A stretch of DNA of 64,000 nucleotides. Origin: Camelus dromedarius. Its lineage: Eukaryota. Made by a program: the position numbers and the translations under genes. The number at the start of each line of letters is the position of its first letter. The stretch's first letter is position 1. Below, in pieces: positions 49,523 to 63,477 of this stretch. The notes below the pieces were generated by a model. The model did not search any database and had not been told where the DNA came from. It saw only the letters and a list, made by a program, of their open reading frames with translations. Location of the stretch: NCBI RefSeq assembly GCF_036321535.1, contig NC_087436.1, positions 14,322,001 to 14,386,000 of the forward strand, in the 5' to 3' direction.

Positions 49523-52500
49523 AAAACATCTTTTGCTTTTTATGACTCAATTCTCTGTCTGCTATACCCTTGGCAAGAATGAGGTTATTAAACTCAACAA
49601 GCGAATCTTTGTGGGATCGCTTTGTGGACTAAGTAACACTCCTTCGCAAACTCCTTGCTAGTTTTCAGGCTCCGTCTGTTGGTCATCTGTCATCATCTCG
49701 ACGCCTCACCCTGTGCCGCTTAGCCTGGTTTTGCTTCTGGTTGCTTCCTGTACCCGGGGAGTGTTTGCACAGGCGGACGGGTGCCTCGTCTGCTGCCCCC
49801 TTTCCCACGTAACACCTGAGGCTCAGAACTCACTCAGAGGTTTTACACCTGGAAGCATCGGTCATTCTCAGGTCTTTTCTAAGACCGTCTTTCTTTCTAC
49901 TGTTCATCTTCTTACATCAGCCTACAGGCACTGGCCGCTGGTATTTATAACTACTGGCCCATCTCAGAGACTCTCTTTCTTACCGAGACAATGCCTACTT
50001 ACTTGGTAACCCCTCCCTGACCCCTGCATGTCTGCTCTGGAGCTGGAGTAATCCCCTACTAAATTCAAGGCTGAAAGGAGACTCACTGTTCGTTTTTTTA
50101 AACAACTCACATCATAACTTAGTCAAAAAAGTACACACATCTTTCTGGAGCCCCAGGTAAGGGCGTGGCATGGCATGGGAGGGTTTCATGCGTAAGTATC
50201 GCCATGGATCCACCAAACAGAAAGGAGAGAGATCTCAGTCTTCATTTCCAGCCCTCTGGCTCTCCCCAGATGCGGGTCTCCCTCTGCTAAGTCCTCCAGC
50301 AGCACAGATAGCCTTGGCTCCTTGCTCAGACACCTAGAGTTTCTCCCAGTGGTGTGAAACCAGAGAAGGTACTTCCTCTGCTGTTCTGAGCCCTATTTTT
50401 GTCCTTTAGGTAATACTGCCGAGAAGAAGCAAAACCAGCTATGCAGCAGACATCCCTCAAAGTCTCCTGTCCTGGCTGCCCTCTCTCCTACAGCCCCCTC
50501 CCCTACCTGCCACCCCGCCCCCAACCATGTCCCTGACACCAGTTTCCAGAGGGAGCCTACCAGGGTCGGGTGAAACCATCGCTGGAGCAGGGACCCCTGG
50601 AGTCACCAGGCTAAAGGACGATCTGGAGGGCTTGCAGGGGAGAAGCCTGGGCAGCAAGAAGAATGGGAATTCTTGTGGGGCTTGAGGCAACGGCATTGCC
50701 AACCTGTACAGAAAATTTTACCATTTTAACAACTGGTATGACCATTGGAGGATGTGAGCCAGTATCAGCCCTGCCTCACTCTGAACACCGAACAGCTTAA
50801 TCTCGCTGAGACCCCAACTCCTCATGCGTCACAGGATGCATGCTCGTCCTGCCACCACAGCATCAAAGTGGGTCATAGTCTGTGATGGATACTTACTGCT
50901 TGACAGCAGGATGGAGACGGCTTTTTCTTAAACTTTACCTTCGTATTGACCAGGACTACCCGTAAGACCCTGAGCAAATTGCTTATCTGTGCTTCTTTCC
51001 GCAACTGTAACATGAGAGTTAAAAATAACCCCCACCTCACGGGGTTGTTGTGAAGATTCCAAGAGTGGATACCTATAGGGTGGCTGGAACAGAGCCTGGC
51101 ACCATAATAATAATTAGGTGGCACTGAGTTGGCAGCTACCTAAGTCCCACAAGTTGAAGGAGTGGCTCTGGGCTCCAGCTATGAAAAGGAAACCCCCAAA
51201 GGTGACCAGAAAGGGAAGCCGTACTTGTTTTGTTTGCTAGGTATTTCTCTGACCAGTTGGGGACAGCTACCAAAACAAACAGAAAAGGCAAAGAGGATTA
51301 TTTTCCAACCCTTACACGACTCCTAAAAACATTCTCTCTGATTCTCTGAGTCATCAAATACCACGCAGCCTCTTTTCTTGTCAACCTTGTTATTCTTCCC
51401 ACTAGTCCCTTATGGGAACTTAGGCAAATCATTCCACTTCCCATAGCCTCACTTTCTTTCCTGTTAAACAGGGATAAATTCGTGAGAATCAAGCAGGATA
51501 AGGTGTGCAGAAGTCCTTTGAAAATGAGAAACACTGTGTAAATACTATGAAGGAAGACATTTTTATGATTTATTAATTACATAGGCACAAACTTCTCTTT
51601 AGGATTGAAAATGCTCCCATTAGACACATTATAGCCTCAGGATGGACCACGAGACCAACGGCAATACTGAAAGGATGGAGGGCTGGGTAGTGTGAAGGTG
51701 GGTAGCCCAGAAGGCTGGAGCTTGACAGCGCTGGAAAGGAAAAGGTGAGGGAGGATTATGGCCACCTGTTTTCTACCTTCACTGATGACAGAAGAAAAGA
51801 AAATGGGCATCAACAGGAAGGATTTAGATTAAACATGAAGGATTCATCTGCTAGTGAGGATTTTAAAAGATGGAAATAGATGTCTCAGTCTGTGTGGGGT
51901 TTCTTCTCTGAGGGTCCATCGATCTGAGGTTTGCTAGGACTGAGAAACACTGCCTGAACATCCCAGTCGTTCCCAGACTGCCATGCGCACATCCACCCTT
52001 TACTTGGACAAATTTATATTTTTAGCCTTTGCCAATTTACTGATTCATGCGTATCCTATATCTAAGTTAGAATTCCTGTTTATTCCGGGGTTGCCGCTTC
52101 TGCAGGGTAGGAGCACAGACTTGGGGGTCAGGAAGCCTGGTTCCAATCCCGACTTTGCCCCCTTCCAGCTGTGTCACCCTGGTTAACTAACTGATTGCTA
52201 TACCTCGGTTTCCTCATCTGTAAAATGGAGATATAATGGTTCTTACCTCAAGGGTGGTTAGGCATACTTGGCATGGACCAAAGGCTCAAAAGTTGTAGCC
52301 AGTATTACACTATCTCTTCATGGTTTCAAAGAGATCTTACACTTGGAGGTTTGTTCTATTAGCTCAGTGTTTCGTACATATCAGCGTTCTAGTCTGTGGT
52401 GTATTTTTCTTAATAAAAAAAAAAAGAGAGAAACTGTTCTCACAGGAAAGTACATTTCTCTCCTTGTTTACTCTAGTTGCCATTCTCTGAACTTTCTGAA

Positions 52501-53859
52501 GCTCCATTACATCTGCCTTGAAGGGAAGTGACCTGGAATTGTTCAAATGATGTCCTCCCTGAAGGCAGAGAGATGGACTGAATAATTTATTAAGGTACCT
52601 CCTGGCAGTACAAATCTATGCAATGACTCTAAGGTTGAGGGAAATTTCATTTTTCAGACTGTCTCATCGGTTAGCAGAGATCGCTTTGTAACACTAGAGG
52701 TCACTGTTAAAGCAATATTTCAAAAGCATGAGCCTTACACCAGCAGTAAAATTGAGAGAGGATCTTTCAGAACACGCCAAGTGAAAAGGCATTATATGGG
52801 TGGTTTGAGGGCAACAGCTGGGATTTTATCAAGTTCCTAAATTGAAATCCACTTCTAATCTCCTCTTGTTTCTCACCCCTAGGAAACAATTCTGTTTTTC
52901 CTGTGGTAGTAAGACCTCTACCCGGGGAAGATTTGGGGCTGAAAACTCTCTTCTGGCTGGGACTGCTGACTTCCAAATCAACCGCTCCTGCTCTGACACA
53001 TAAACCAAGCCTACTTCTATATTTCTCATCATCTTCAACCTATTTCCACTTGTCAATCCCCTCTGCCTGCAACTTCAACTCAAAACCTGTTAAGCAGGAA
53101 TCCACTTCCCAGTCCTGTCTTCACTCCTCTTTCACAACCCCAAAAGCCTCCTTCTCAGCTTCCTTACTGGTGATTGAGACTGGATTCAGCCTGCAGTGTA
53201 AGCCTCCATTCACCAAGTCCTGTTGATTTTACGTGCTCATTGTTTTTTGAATGTCTCTTCTTTCGTAAAATGAGAATAACCACAGCACCAACTTCACAGT
53301 GTTGTGTGGGTTAAGTAAGGCCCAAGAGAGGGTGCGGCTCCAAGTAAGACTGCCCCTCTCCCAACAGCCACCAAGGTGGAGCCCAGACCCTGTCCAGCTC
53401 CTGTCAAGACCCCCAGATCCTTTGCTTTTTGCCTTCTGACCCCTCGAGTCCCTTGTCCCCACTGATGTCCATCCCCACAAGACCCAGGACTTGCAGGTCA
53501 TCTTTCGAGCCTGGGAGTCTAATCCCCATCCCCTTTGCTGACCTCATTTGGCACCCTTCCCCATCTCCTGAAACCGTTTCGCCATCCCTCTGGAACTTGG
53601 GTCAATCATCAGTAAAGTCCTCCTTCCCGTCTGCCTCCCCTGAGTGTTTCTTTCCTCTCCCTGACTGAAACTTGGCTCTGTCCCCTGGGGACACGGCTTC
53701 CCCTGCATCCTCTGCAGTGGGGCAGGATGCCCTCTCACAGGGACCGACGGTGGGACGGGGCCCCTGGGGCTGCTCCTTGCTGCTTCAGCTGTGACAATCT
53801 TGTCACCAGCCTGTAACACTTGGTCTCCAGTCATTCGTATCATTTTTTGATGATTTCAA

Positions 53860-55430
53860 TACCCATCTCACCTTCTCTCTCTCCACTGTTACCCCGTCTT
53901 AAGTCTCAGCAATTTTAAGTTACACACGGATGATCTTTCCAACACCGCCCTCCATGAAACTCTTTCTTCATTTGGCTTCCGGGACAGCACCCTTCCTGGA
54001 TTTCCTCCCCCATCTGACTGCTCCATCTTCATCTCCTGTAGTGGTTCCTTCTTCCTCAACTCCTCAACCTCTGAGTGTCAGAATGCTAGGGGCTTAGTCT
54101 TTGGACCCCTTCTTTTATTTATTCACTCCCTAGTTGATCGCATCTGGCTTTACGCATCACCTATATGCTGATCATTCTTACGTTTTTATTTCCCATACAG
54201 ACTGCACCCCTGAAGTTCAGGTCAGTATATCCAACTGCCAACTTGACATGTCTAATTTAACAGGTCCCAAAGTGAACTCCTGATACCTACTCCTGATACC
54301 CACCTCCCTCCAAAAACAGCTCCCTACAAGACCCCCTGCAGTCTTCCCCATATCGGTTAAAGGGCATCCCATTTCTCCCAGTTGCTCAGCCAAAATCCTG
54401 AGGCATAGCCCTGGTTTCTCTCTTCTCTGTCTCTGTCTCTGTCTCTTTCTCTCTCTCTCATACACACACACATGCTGTATCTGATCCATCAGCGAATTTT
54501 ATTGACTCTACCTTCAAATTCTCATCAGAAAAGGATCCCTTCTCACCACCCCCACCGCACCCATTTTGTTCTGAGCCACCATCATTTCTCTCCTGGATGA
54601 CAGCCCTACATCGGTTTCTCTGATTCTGCCCTTCCTTGTCCTGCAATCTATTCTCAAAAATCAGCTGGAGTGACCCTGTTAAAATTTAAGTCACGTCATG
54701 TCACTCTTCTGCTCAGTTTGCTCCAGTTCCCGTTTTACTCAGAGTAAAAGCTGGAGTCCTTATTATGACTTTCAAGATCCAGCGAGATCAGGACCCATTA
54801 CTGCTTCTAGCCTATCTCCAATTTCTCTTCCCCTCATTCACTAAGAGCCAAACTCTTCTTCCCAGTGTTACTGGAACTTACCAGGTACATTCCTGCCTCT
54901 CTTTTTTATCTGCCTTTTTTTTTCTTAAGGGGAGGAGGTAATTAGGTTTGTTTATTTATTTAAGTGGAGGTACTGGGGATTGAATCCAGGACCTCATGCA
55001 CGCTAAGCATGCGCTCTACCACTGAGCTACAGCTTCCCCCTGCCTCTTTTGCACATGCTACTCACTCTGCATGGAGGTCGCCTGTGCGAGATACCTTTGT
55101 GCCTACTTCCCTCATTTCTTCAAGTCTGTTCAAGTCTCACCTTTTACTGAGGCCTTGCCTGGCTCTGCTATTTAAAAATTTTACCCTGCTCCACAATATT
55201 TGTTTCCCCTTTCCTGCATTATTTTTTTCTCCTTAAGAGCAGTTAGCACCATCTAACATGCTACCAAATTTTATTTGTTGTCTTGTTCATTGTCTGTCTC
55301 TCCTAATAGAATATTAGTGCTATGAAGGCAAGGACTTTTTGTTGGTTTTATCCACTGCTGTATCCTATTGCATGGTTCTGTATCTGGCCAACAAATATTT
55401 ATTCAGTGAATTAATAAAATGAAATAATTC
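53860..55430 (+). mobile_element. Long L2 LINE fragment with a CT/CA microsatellite (about 54415-54470)
   Basis: tatatccaactgccaacttgacatgtc...cccagttgctcagccaaaatcctgag...aaatatttattcagtgaat (L2 3' end). Confidence 0.85.
54905..55040 (-). mobile_element. Vic-1-like SINE inserted in the L2
   Basis: ggaggtactggggattgaatccaggacctcatgcacgctaagcatgcgctctaccactgagcta, flanked by cctgcctct on both sides. Confidence 0.88.
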
Positions 55431-56199
55431 ACTTAACAGCCTTAGAACAGTGTTTAGTATATAGCAATAGTTCTCTTAATTTTAACTAGAATTTTTATTG
55501 TTGTGATTATCATCACCTCCTTCATTGCTACTGTATTGACCCATCCTCCCCACTCCCAGGGCAGTTTCCCCATCTCAGGCTCTCACTGTCTCTTGCCTAG
55601 ACTATCCCACTTGTCTCAAAAGTTCTCCTCCGGTCACGGCTTTTGCCTCCTCGAGACCCACCCCCTGCTTCCACACTTATGTTCCTTGAAGACAGATTTG
55701 ATCCTCTCATTCCCCTGTTACAAAACTTTTTGGTGACTCCCCACTGCTTTCAGATAAAGTCCCAGCACTTATATGACAGACAAAGGGGCCAATATTTGAG
55801 TCAGATCACCTTGTCTCCTCTCCACTTCCTCCCTTCCACTTACATCACCCGACACACCCTGCTGTTTCACAAGGTGGTGTCTTCCCCTGCCTGGAAGGCC
55901 CTTCCCTGCTCTCTGCCTGGTCAGCTCCTAGTCATCCTTTAAAACCCTCTTCAGACTGATATCTCCTCCCATGCAGAATTCATTTCTGCTTCTTTTGTGC
56001 TGTCTCTCTTTCTTATACATATTTCTACTAGGAGCTCCATTATTCATATTGTATGTCTTTATATATTTTCTGCCCACTGTCTGAGTCTGATTTTCTCCTC
56101 CTCCTGTCTGCCTCTCCTACTTGTTGCAAACTCCTCTTTATATATATTTTTTAGAATGCAAGTCTTGACTTCAGAATATTTTTTATCTTTTATATTTTT

Positions 56200-56710
56200 T
56201 TAGATTTTTAAAAACAATTTTATTATGGTATAATTTCTGTACAATAAGCTACACATATTTCAGATGTACAATTTGATGAATTTTATAGATGTATACACCT
56301 ATGAAACCACCACCACAATCAAGATAGCTTACATTTCCATCACTCCCCAGGAGGTGCAGATTTTGAACTTCCAATTTATCCCTTCCCACCCCCTTTACTC
56401 CCTTAACCATCTATTTGTTTTCTATGTCTATGAGTCTATTTCTGTTCTGTAAGTAAGTTCATATGTGTCTTTTTTCTTTTAGATTCCACATATAAGTGAT
56501 TTCATATGGTATTTTTCTTTCTCTTTCTGACTTACTTCACTTAGAATGATGATCTCCAGGTCCATCCATGTTGTTGCAAATGGCATTAATTTATTCTTTT
56601 TTATGGCTGAGTAGTATTCCATTGTATAAACATACCACAGCTTCTTTATTCAGTCATCTGTCAAAGGACATTTAGGTTATCTCCACGTCTTGGCTACTGT
56701 ACATAGCCAG
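56200..56710 (-). mobile_element. L1 3' end fragment(s)
   Basis: ttagattccacatataagtgat...ggctgagtagtattccattg. Confidence 0.85.
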
Positions 56711-57328
56711 AGCACTTACTGTTGATGCCAAATAATTCAACGCTTCTCAACATACCGTGTTCTTATTTCAATTCAATACACTTTGCTACAATATACTGTG
56801 CTATTATTTAGTATCTTCATACAGATTCATTTTTCTCTCCTCAGTTCATTTCTGCTCCCCTAGAACAACCTAATACTTCTTTGGTATGCCACTTTAGCAA
56901 CAAAGAGTTAGGCTAGATGGAATCTCGTATGAGAACCTGGGTCTCTGTCCATGGCATGGGAAGGACTTAATAAAGACTAGGGACCCAGGTTTTTGAGGTT
57001 CATTCTATTACACTCCAGCTGAGTTTTCAGCACATGTAACACATAATTGAGAGCACCAAAGGCTTTCAGGCCAGACTGGCCTGGGTTCATTCCAGATTTG
57101 TCACTTTCCAACCCAAACAAGTGACGTGTTCATGGAGCCTATTCCTTCATTTGCACAAATGGAGAAAATACTAAAACACATGGTTGCAGTGAGCACAACA
57201 GGTGTTAAGTAAAACCTAAAGTGCTCTGTGTGACTTTCTGCTCTCCTCTCTTGTCTGCTGCCCCTCTCCCGAGATGGCTCTCAAGAGATATTTGAGAATC
57301 ATTTTCTTTTTAACAAAACCAGATAAAG

Positions 57329-57556
57329 CAGGGTTTCTCAACCTTAACATTAGGAACACTTTGCATGGGATAATTTTTGTTGGCCGGGGTGGGGGTGGAG
57401 GCTGTCCTGTGTATCAAGGGTAGCACCATCCCTGGTCCTGATCTCTCCACTCAGTGCTGGTACCTGCCATTGCTCCCTAGTCCTGCAAACCAACGATGCC
57501 TCCAGAGATGGCCACATGTCCCTGGGGGACGAAGTTGGTCTGGTTAAGGACCACTG
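57329..57556 (+). mobile_element. MER20 hAT-Charlie MITE
   Basis: Termini cagggtttctcaacc / ggttaaggaccactg, with an 8-bp TSD AGATAAAG / AGATAAGG. Confidence 0.85.
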
Positions 57557-58344
57557 AGATAAGGAACACGAAGACATTCTGCAGGACAGGCGGCCAGTAC
57601 AAATGACACGCTATTTAGCAATTTATATAAAAATCTTTACAACTGAAAATGACCTGCTTGCAGCTTAAGTAATTAGACAAAACTGTGGGGATCAGGTAGG
57701 AAAAATAGAACTGATAAAGAAGACTTTGCTTCTCCTTGAGGAAGGAAATTCCTTTTGACCTTTGCCCAGACGGCCCTGCTTTCTGCAGTGGGCCCAACTG
57801 GGGGCAGACTGCGGAGGCTGGTCCAGCACAGCCCGCTCCTATATTCAATAGCATCAGAGCAGATAAACTGCCTTAAAGATTGGAGGTACTTTCCACTCCC
57901 CATTTGAAGTCAACTTATTAAAAAAGTGCAAGGAGATCTTTTCTGTTTTTTTCCTACACGCCAAATGATGTTGAAGTCCTTAGCCTGCTGCAGTATCTTG
58001 GTAAATGCTGAGAAAAAAAAAATCTGACTTGATTAGTTACCATCAATAATTAAAATCATTCACAGAGCACCTGATCTGACTCCCAAGATGAGCATTTTGA
58101 AGGAAAAGGCAGCTTATAATATGGTTGTTCTTTCTTGGGATTTAAAGAACATTTAAAATATTTCTGAATTCCCGCTTAAAATTTTTATTAGGAAAAAAGA
58201 TAATACTTTATAGTGAAGGTTTAAATATTCCTATGTAAAGCTGCATTCTTCTATTTTATAAAACAACTATCTTTTCTCTCGCTTCCCTTTCCATTTCAGA
58301 GAATTCTGGAGTATCAAATCTGGCAACCGCTTTTGAGGGTTTTA

Positions 58345-59568
58345 CGGAATTTTTAATCTTTTTGTGTCATGGACCCCTTTGGCATTCTTGTGATGCCTAC
58401 TGACCCTTTTCAGAATAACACTTTAAATGCATAAAATAAAATGTATGAGATTCCAGAAATGTAAACCATCTTAAAATGTAGTTATCAATATATATTTATT
58501 ATTATTTTACAAAATTTTGAAAACATACCCATAATGTAAAATTTGCCATCTTTACCATTTTTTAATGTACTGTTTAGTGGCATTAAGTACATTCACATTG
58601 TTGTGCAACCATTAACACCAGCCATCTCCAATTAAACAATAGCTCTCCATTCTCTACCCACCCCAGCCCTGCCCCTGGCAACCACCATTCTACCTTCTAT
58701 CTCTATAAACTTGACTACTCTAAGTACCTGGTAAAAAGGGGAATCTTACAGTATTTTCCCTTTTGTGACTAGCTTCTTTCACTTAGCATAATCTCCTCAA
58801 GTTTCATCCATGTGTCAGAATTGCCTTCCTTTTCACAGCTGAATAATATTCCATTGTATTATATGCCCCACTTTATTTCTCCATTCATCCATGGATGAAC
58901 ATTTGATCTGTTTCATTTCTTAGCTATTGTGAATAATGCTGCTATGACTATTGCTGTACAAATACCTGTTTGACTCTTCCTGTCAACTCTTTTGGGTATC
59001 TACCCAGAAGGGGAATTACTGTATCATTTGGTAATTCTATATTTAATTTTGGGGACACCTATCATACTGTTTTCCATATTGGCTGCACCATTTTACATTC
59101 CCACCAACAGTGTATATGTGTTCCAATTTCTTTCCATCCTCATCAACACTTGTTATTTTGTTTTTTTTTAATAGTAGCCATCCAACATATTTTTAAAAAC
59201 AGATTTGTAATACAGTAAGAGATTTATATACTTTTTTTATTAGAATGTTAGTTTAAAAAACCTCCAGCAGCAGATCTAATAACTACCATAATTTCAAAGT
59301 AACAATGAGCCTGAACAATATTTCAAGATGTCTGTAAAAATGGCTCTATAAAATGAAGAGAACTGTGATTTCTATTGGTGACAAAGCACAGCTAATACAC
59401 AGCTAATATGACTGTGATTTGTTGCCTACATTCACAATGGAAGGAAATGCCCATTTTCAGTTAGAGGTTAGTGGAAATAAAATGCAATTTTCCACATATA
59501 AGCTTATTGATCCTGAATATCATCCTTGAACACCGTGGGTGTTGTGGACCTCAGGTTAGGAACTGCTG
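58345..59568 (+). mobile_element. MER119/Charlie-like DNA element split by an antisense L1MB-type fragment (about 58505-59185)
   Basis: tgtgtcatggacccctttggc...aaatgcataaaataaaat at the left end and gtggacctcaggttaggaactgctg at the right end. The inner L1 contains cattcacattgttgtgcaacc. Confidence 0.65.
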
Positions 59569-60226
59569 ACCTAGTTTCTTCCCTTTTTATAGATGAAAAG
59601 AGCGAGGCTTTCAGGGATTAAGTGATTTGCCAAGAGTCACATAGTTAGTGGCAGATTCAGGACTAGAACTCAGTCTCTCAATTCTTAATGCTGGGTGTTC
59701 CTTACCCTAGACACCCCCTGAAAAATGATCTACAGCTGAGCCATCTCTGTATGCAACAAGGTCTTTAGTTCATCACTTTTCTCATAGTGGGTCTCAAAAA
59801 ATAGAGGTTGAGTGGTGTATATTCTTATAGGCAAGAGAGACCAAAGCTGTACACATGATCAGCCCTCTTTGCTGAGAATCTTAGTATGAGGGCATTTTTC
59901 TATCTATCAGCAATCATAAGTTAGCAACTATTTATTTCATTTATATGAATAAAGAAAAGGAGATCAAAGAATTAAAGGTGTTGTTTTGGTTCCAACATAC
60001 ATATATAATAAATATTTTTTTCCAGGTAAATTCATGAAAGCCTGGTCCTTTAAAAAGTTTTCTGACTAATATTTAGACATAGGTCTTAGAAAAATAGTTT
60101 CAGACTTCAAACTATTTTTAAAAACAGTTATCATTTAAGAAGTGTGTTTGGAGGTTAACTCAACAGCATACGTCCCCAGATCAGTTCTTATCTGTTTAGT
60201 TTCTAAGACATTAGCTGGATACTGGG

Positions 60227-60665
60227 TTTTTTTTTTTTTAATATAAAAATAAGTTTTTATGTGGACATAAATTACAAAGGAATATGTTTCTATTTTTTAC
60301 ATATATATATTCTTTTTCATATTTTTTATTACAGGTTACTAGAAGCCATTGAATACAGTTCTCTGTGCTACACAATAGGACCTTGTTGTTCATTCTGCAC
60401 ACAGTAGTTTGTATCAGCCAATCTCAAACTCCCAATTTATCCCTCCCTCCCTCCCTCCTTCCCTTTTGGTAACTATAAGTTTGTTTTCTATGTCTATGAG
60501 CCTCTTTCTGTTTTGTAGATAAGTTCGTTTGTGTCATCTTTTTTTTTTTTTAGATTCCACATATAAGTGCTATCATATGATATTTGTCTTTCTCTGGCTT
60601 ACTTCACTTAGTATGATCATCTCTAGGTCCATCCATGTTGCTGCAAATGACATTATTTCATTCTT
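60227..60665 (-). mobile_element. L1 3' end fragment
   Basis: Poly(T) followed by ...tagattccacatataagtg...tccatccatgttgctgcaaatg, with ctggata on both flanks. Confidence 0.8.
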
Positions 60666-61186
60666 AACTGGATATGGTTAAAAAAAGGACTTGCCCCAGC
60701 CTGAAAGCAAAAGAAGCAGAAGTAAAAACCCAAAGAAAAAATAAGACAATGAACTTAGCCTTTCCTTAACATTTATTTCCTAGGTCCTCTTCAGACTCTT
60801 GCTTACCATCTAAAGGAATTTGCTTGATCTTGCTAGCAGTTTTAAGTTTGTTCTTAAAACTTAAGACAACTTAGGATGAAAACTTAGATAACAGTTTTGG
60901 AGCAGACATCTGTTTATTGTTAGATGCATTTAGATTGGTTAGATTAGTTATTTGTATGATCTGAGCTCTGCTGCAACCAAATACTTAATGCCAGTTTTAC
61001 TCGTCCATAAGGGGCTGGTTGATATAATCAGTTTTCTATTTCCTTGATAGCGAAGAGAAGCAACAGAAACTTTCAGGCCGCTATTTGCTTCAGTTTTACC
61101 TGTCTGCCAACAGGACCCTTATCTATTCATTTGCCAAATAGCTGAACTAATTTGTCTTCCTGGAAGGGAATCACTTTCATTTCTTC

Positions 61187-61505
61187 TTTTTTTTTAATTG
61201 AAGCATAGTCAGTTACAATGTGTAGATTTCTGGTGTACAGGATAAACAGTACAGTCTCAGTCATGCATATATACACATATCTTTGTTTTCGTATTCTTTT
61301 TCATTAAAGGTCATCACAAGATATTAAATATAGTTTCCTGTGCTATACAGGAAAAACTTGGGTTTTTTAAAATCTATTTTTATATATAGTAGTTATCACT
61401 TGTAAATCTCAAACTCCCAAATTTATCCCTTCCACACCCCCTTTCCCCTAGTAACCATAAGATTGTTTACTATGTCTGTGAGTCTGTTTCTGTTTTGTAG
61501 ATGAG
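61187..61505 (-). mobile_element. L1 3' end fragment
   Basis: ttttaattgaagcatagtcagttacaatgtg...gagtctgtttctgttttgtag, with ttcatttct on both flanks. Confidence 0.8.
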
Positions 61506-62995
61506 TTCATTTCTGATACGTCTGTGGACTTGGCGCGTCTGGCTCTTACTGAAGGCAAAGGGCCAAGGCTCTTAAGAAATTTTACCTGTGTCGAGGCCAA
61601 GGGACTCTTGTTTTTTTGTCTAAACAGATGGACTGTTCCCTACGAAGATTTTAAACTCACTAGCAGGGAGAAACATTGGAAAAATTTGGCATCACTTTTG
61701 TTTTGATTTCTTGGCTTTGGAGAATGATAGAAAAGAAAAAAAACCTTTAGATTTTCAAGCTGCAAGCTCTTTAGATGCTTCGATTGTTTCGTCTCTGACA
61801 TACAAGTCATATTTGGTTCCTATATTCTGTCTGTGTGACATGACAAGTCCTATTTTTGCTTTCTAATATTTGACAGTCTCAAGGTGTTTGAGGATGAATA
61901 AACGTGCACTTTTTCACGAGGCGGGGAGGCAGCCTCACGTGGAGCTGTACTTAAGACACCTGCTGTTCTCCAAACACGTTCAACAAGAGTACCTAGCCCT
62001 GGGGCGTAGATCCACCTCCGATTTCCATGGTCTGGAATGATCATTTTATTTGATCTCCCAGACAGTTGTTTTCTTTTTCTTCTCGGCACCAGAAGAGGCC
62101 TGTCTGCTAAGAATGAGTTTTAAAACGTGACCCTGATCCTGCTTTCATTCTGCCAGATCACCCACATTCTAAGCAGGTCCATGTCAATCTCCCTGTTAAA
62201 TAGGCTGGCTACTCGGTTTTCCCAGATTGAAAAATGATACTCATAGCAGTTGGTGGTTTACGCCTAAACCTCAGGAGATGAAGTCCAGCGGGTCGGGAAG
62301 CCCACGGGAGAGCCTGGGGAGGGGGCTGAGTGGTGTTTCAACCCTTGGACCTTTGAGTTCCTGTTTCTGATAAGAGAGAAACGAGGCGGAAACAACAGCC
62401 ACACCAATGCCTCCACCCTCCTTGCACACATTTAAAAGGGTCCACTAAGAGAAAGGGAGGGAATGATCTGAACAGCAATAAAGCTCCCCCTTTAAGCCTC
62501 CCCTTCCACCTACCCCAACCATGTCTTCCTCAGGTGTTTGCTGTTCTGGAAAAACACACTCTTCTCCCTCAGCTTTCTTTGAAATGTCTCATACTCCCCA
62601 GATCTGACCACTCAGTGTGATTGACATCCCGGACTCCTTCTCGCCCTTGGTTGAATGATCACTTTGATCACTTATTCACACACTGCCACCCAGGTAACAA
62701 ATACTTACGGAGTTCCTCCCGCTGCAGCCCTGCTCCAGGCGCCGGGATACAGTGCTACAGGGTGAGGAAGGAAAACCAGGTTCCTCCTCTAACTGGCTCA
62801 CATCCTAGTGGGGAGAGAAACAAACAGATCACAGAGCAGGACGAGTTCCTGTAGTGTTAAATGCTGTGATGGAATACAGTGGGATCTGTGAGGGATGCCT
62901 GTCTGGTTTTGGAAGCCCAAACTTAAACAAAAGAAAGAGAGAAAGAGAGAGAAAGAAAGAAAGGGAGAAAGGAAGGAAGGAAGGAAGAAATTGGT

Positions 62996-63090
62996 GGGGA
63001 GAGTAATAGCTCAGTAGCAGAGTGTGGGTTTAGCATGCACCAGGTCTTGGGTTCAATCTCCAGTACCTCCATTAAAAAAGAAAAAAAAAA
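62996..63090 (+). mobile_element. Vic-1-like SINE following a GA-rich tract
   Basis: tagctcagtagcagag...gggttcaatctccagtacctccatt followed by an A tail. Confidence 0.8.
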
Positions 63091-63477
63091 GAATCTCCAA
63101 ATTCAGGCTTTTATTTAGCTCTGCCACATTGGTTGCCTGGCTAGGGCACCTTGGTTCAAGGCTTTGCTCCTGCGTTTCCCTGTTCTGGAAACTTCTTTCC
63201 CCAGATTTCCACATGGCAAATGCTTAGAAGGGCCTTCCCTTCCCACTACATATATATTATATATGTTGTGTGTGTGTGTGTGTGCGTGCGCCCATGTTTT
63301 GAACCATCTGAAAATTAGTTGCAGGCATTCTGACGCTCCACCCTGAAACACATAAGCGTGTATCCCTCAAGAACAAGAGACATGTCCTACATAACCACAG
63401 TACTGGAGAGAGGGCTCTCAGGCTCTGAACTCCTCTGGTGCCAGGCAGTGTAACCTGCTGTGAAACAGTTCCGTCGT

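Noticed and set aside
60180..60204. Short resemblance to U2 snRNA (atcagttcttatctgtttagtttct)
   Set aside because: Only about 25 nt with about 4 mismatches and no flanking U2 sequence, which is compatible with chance.
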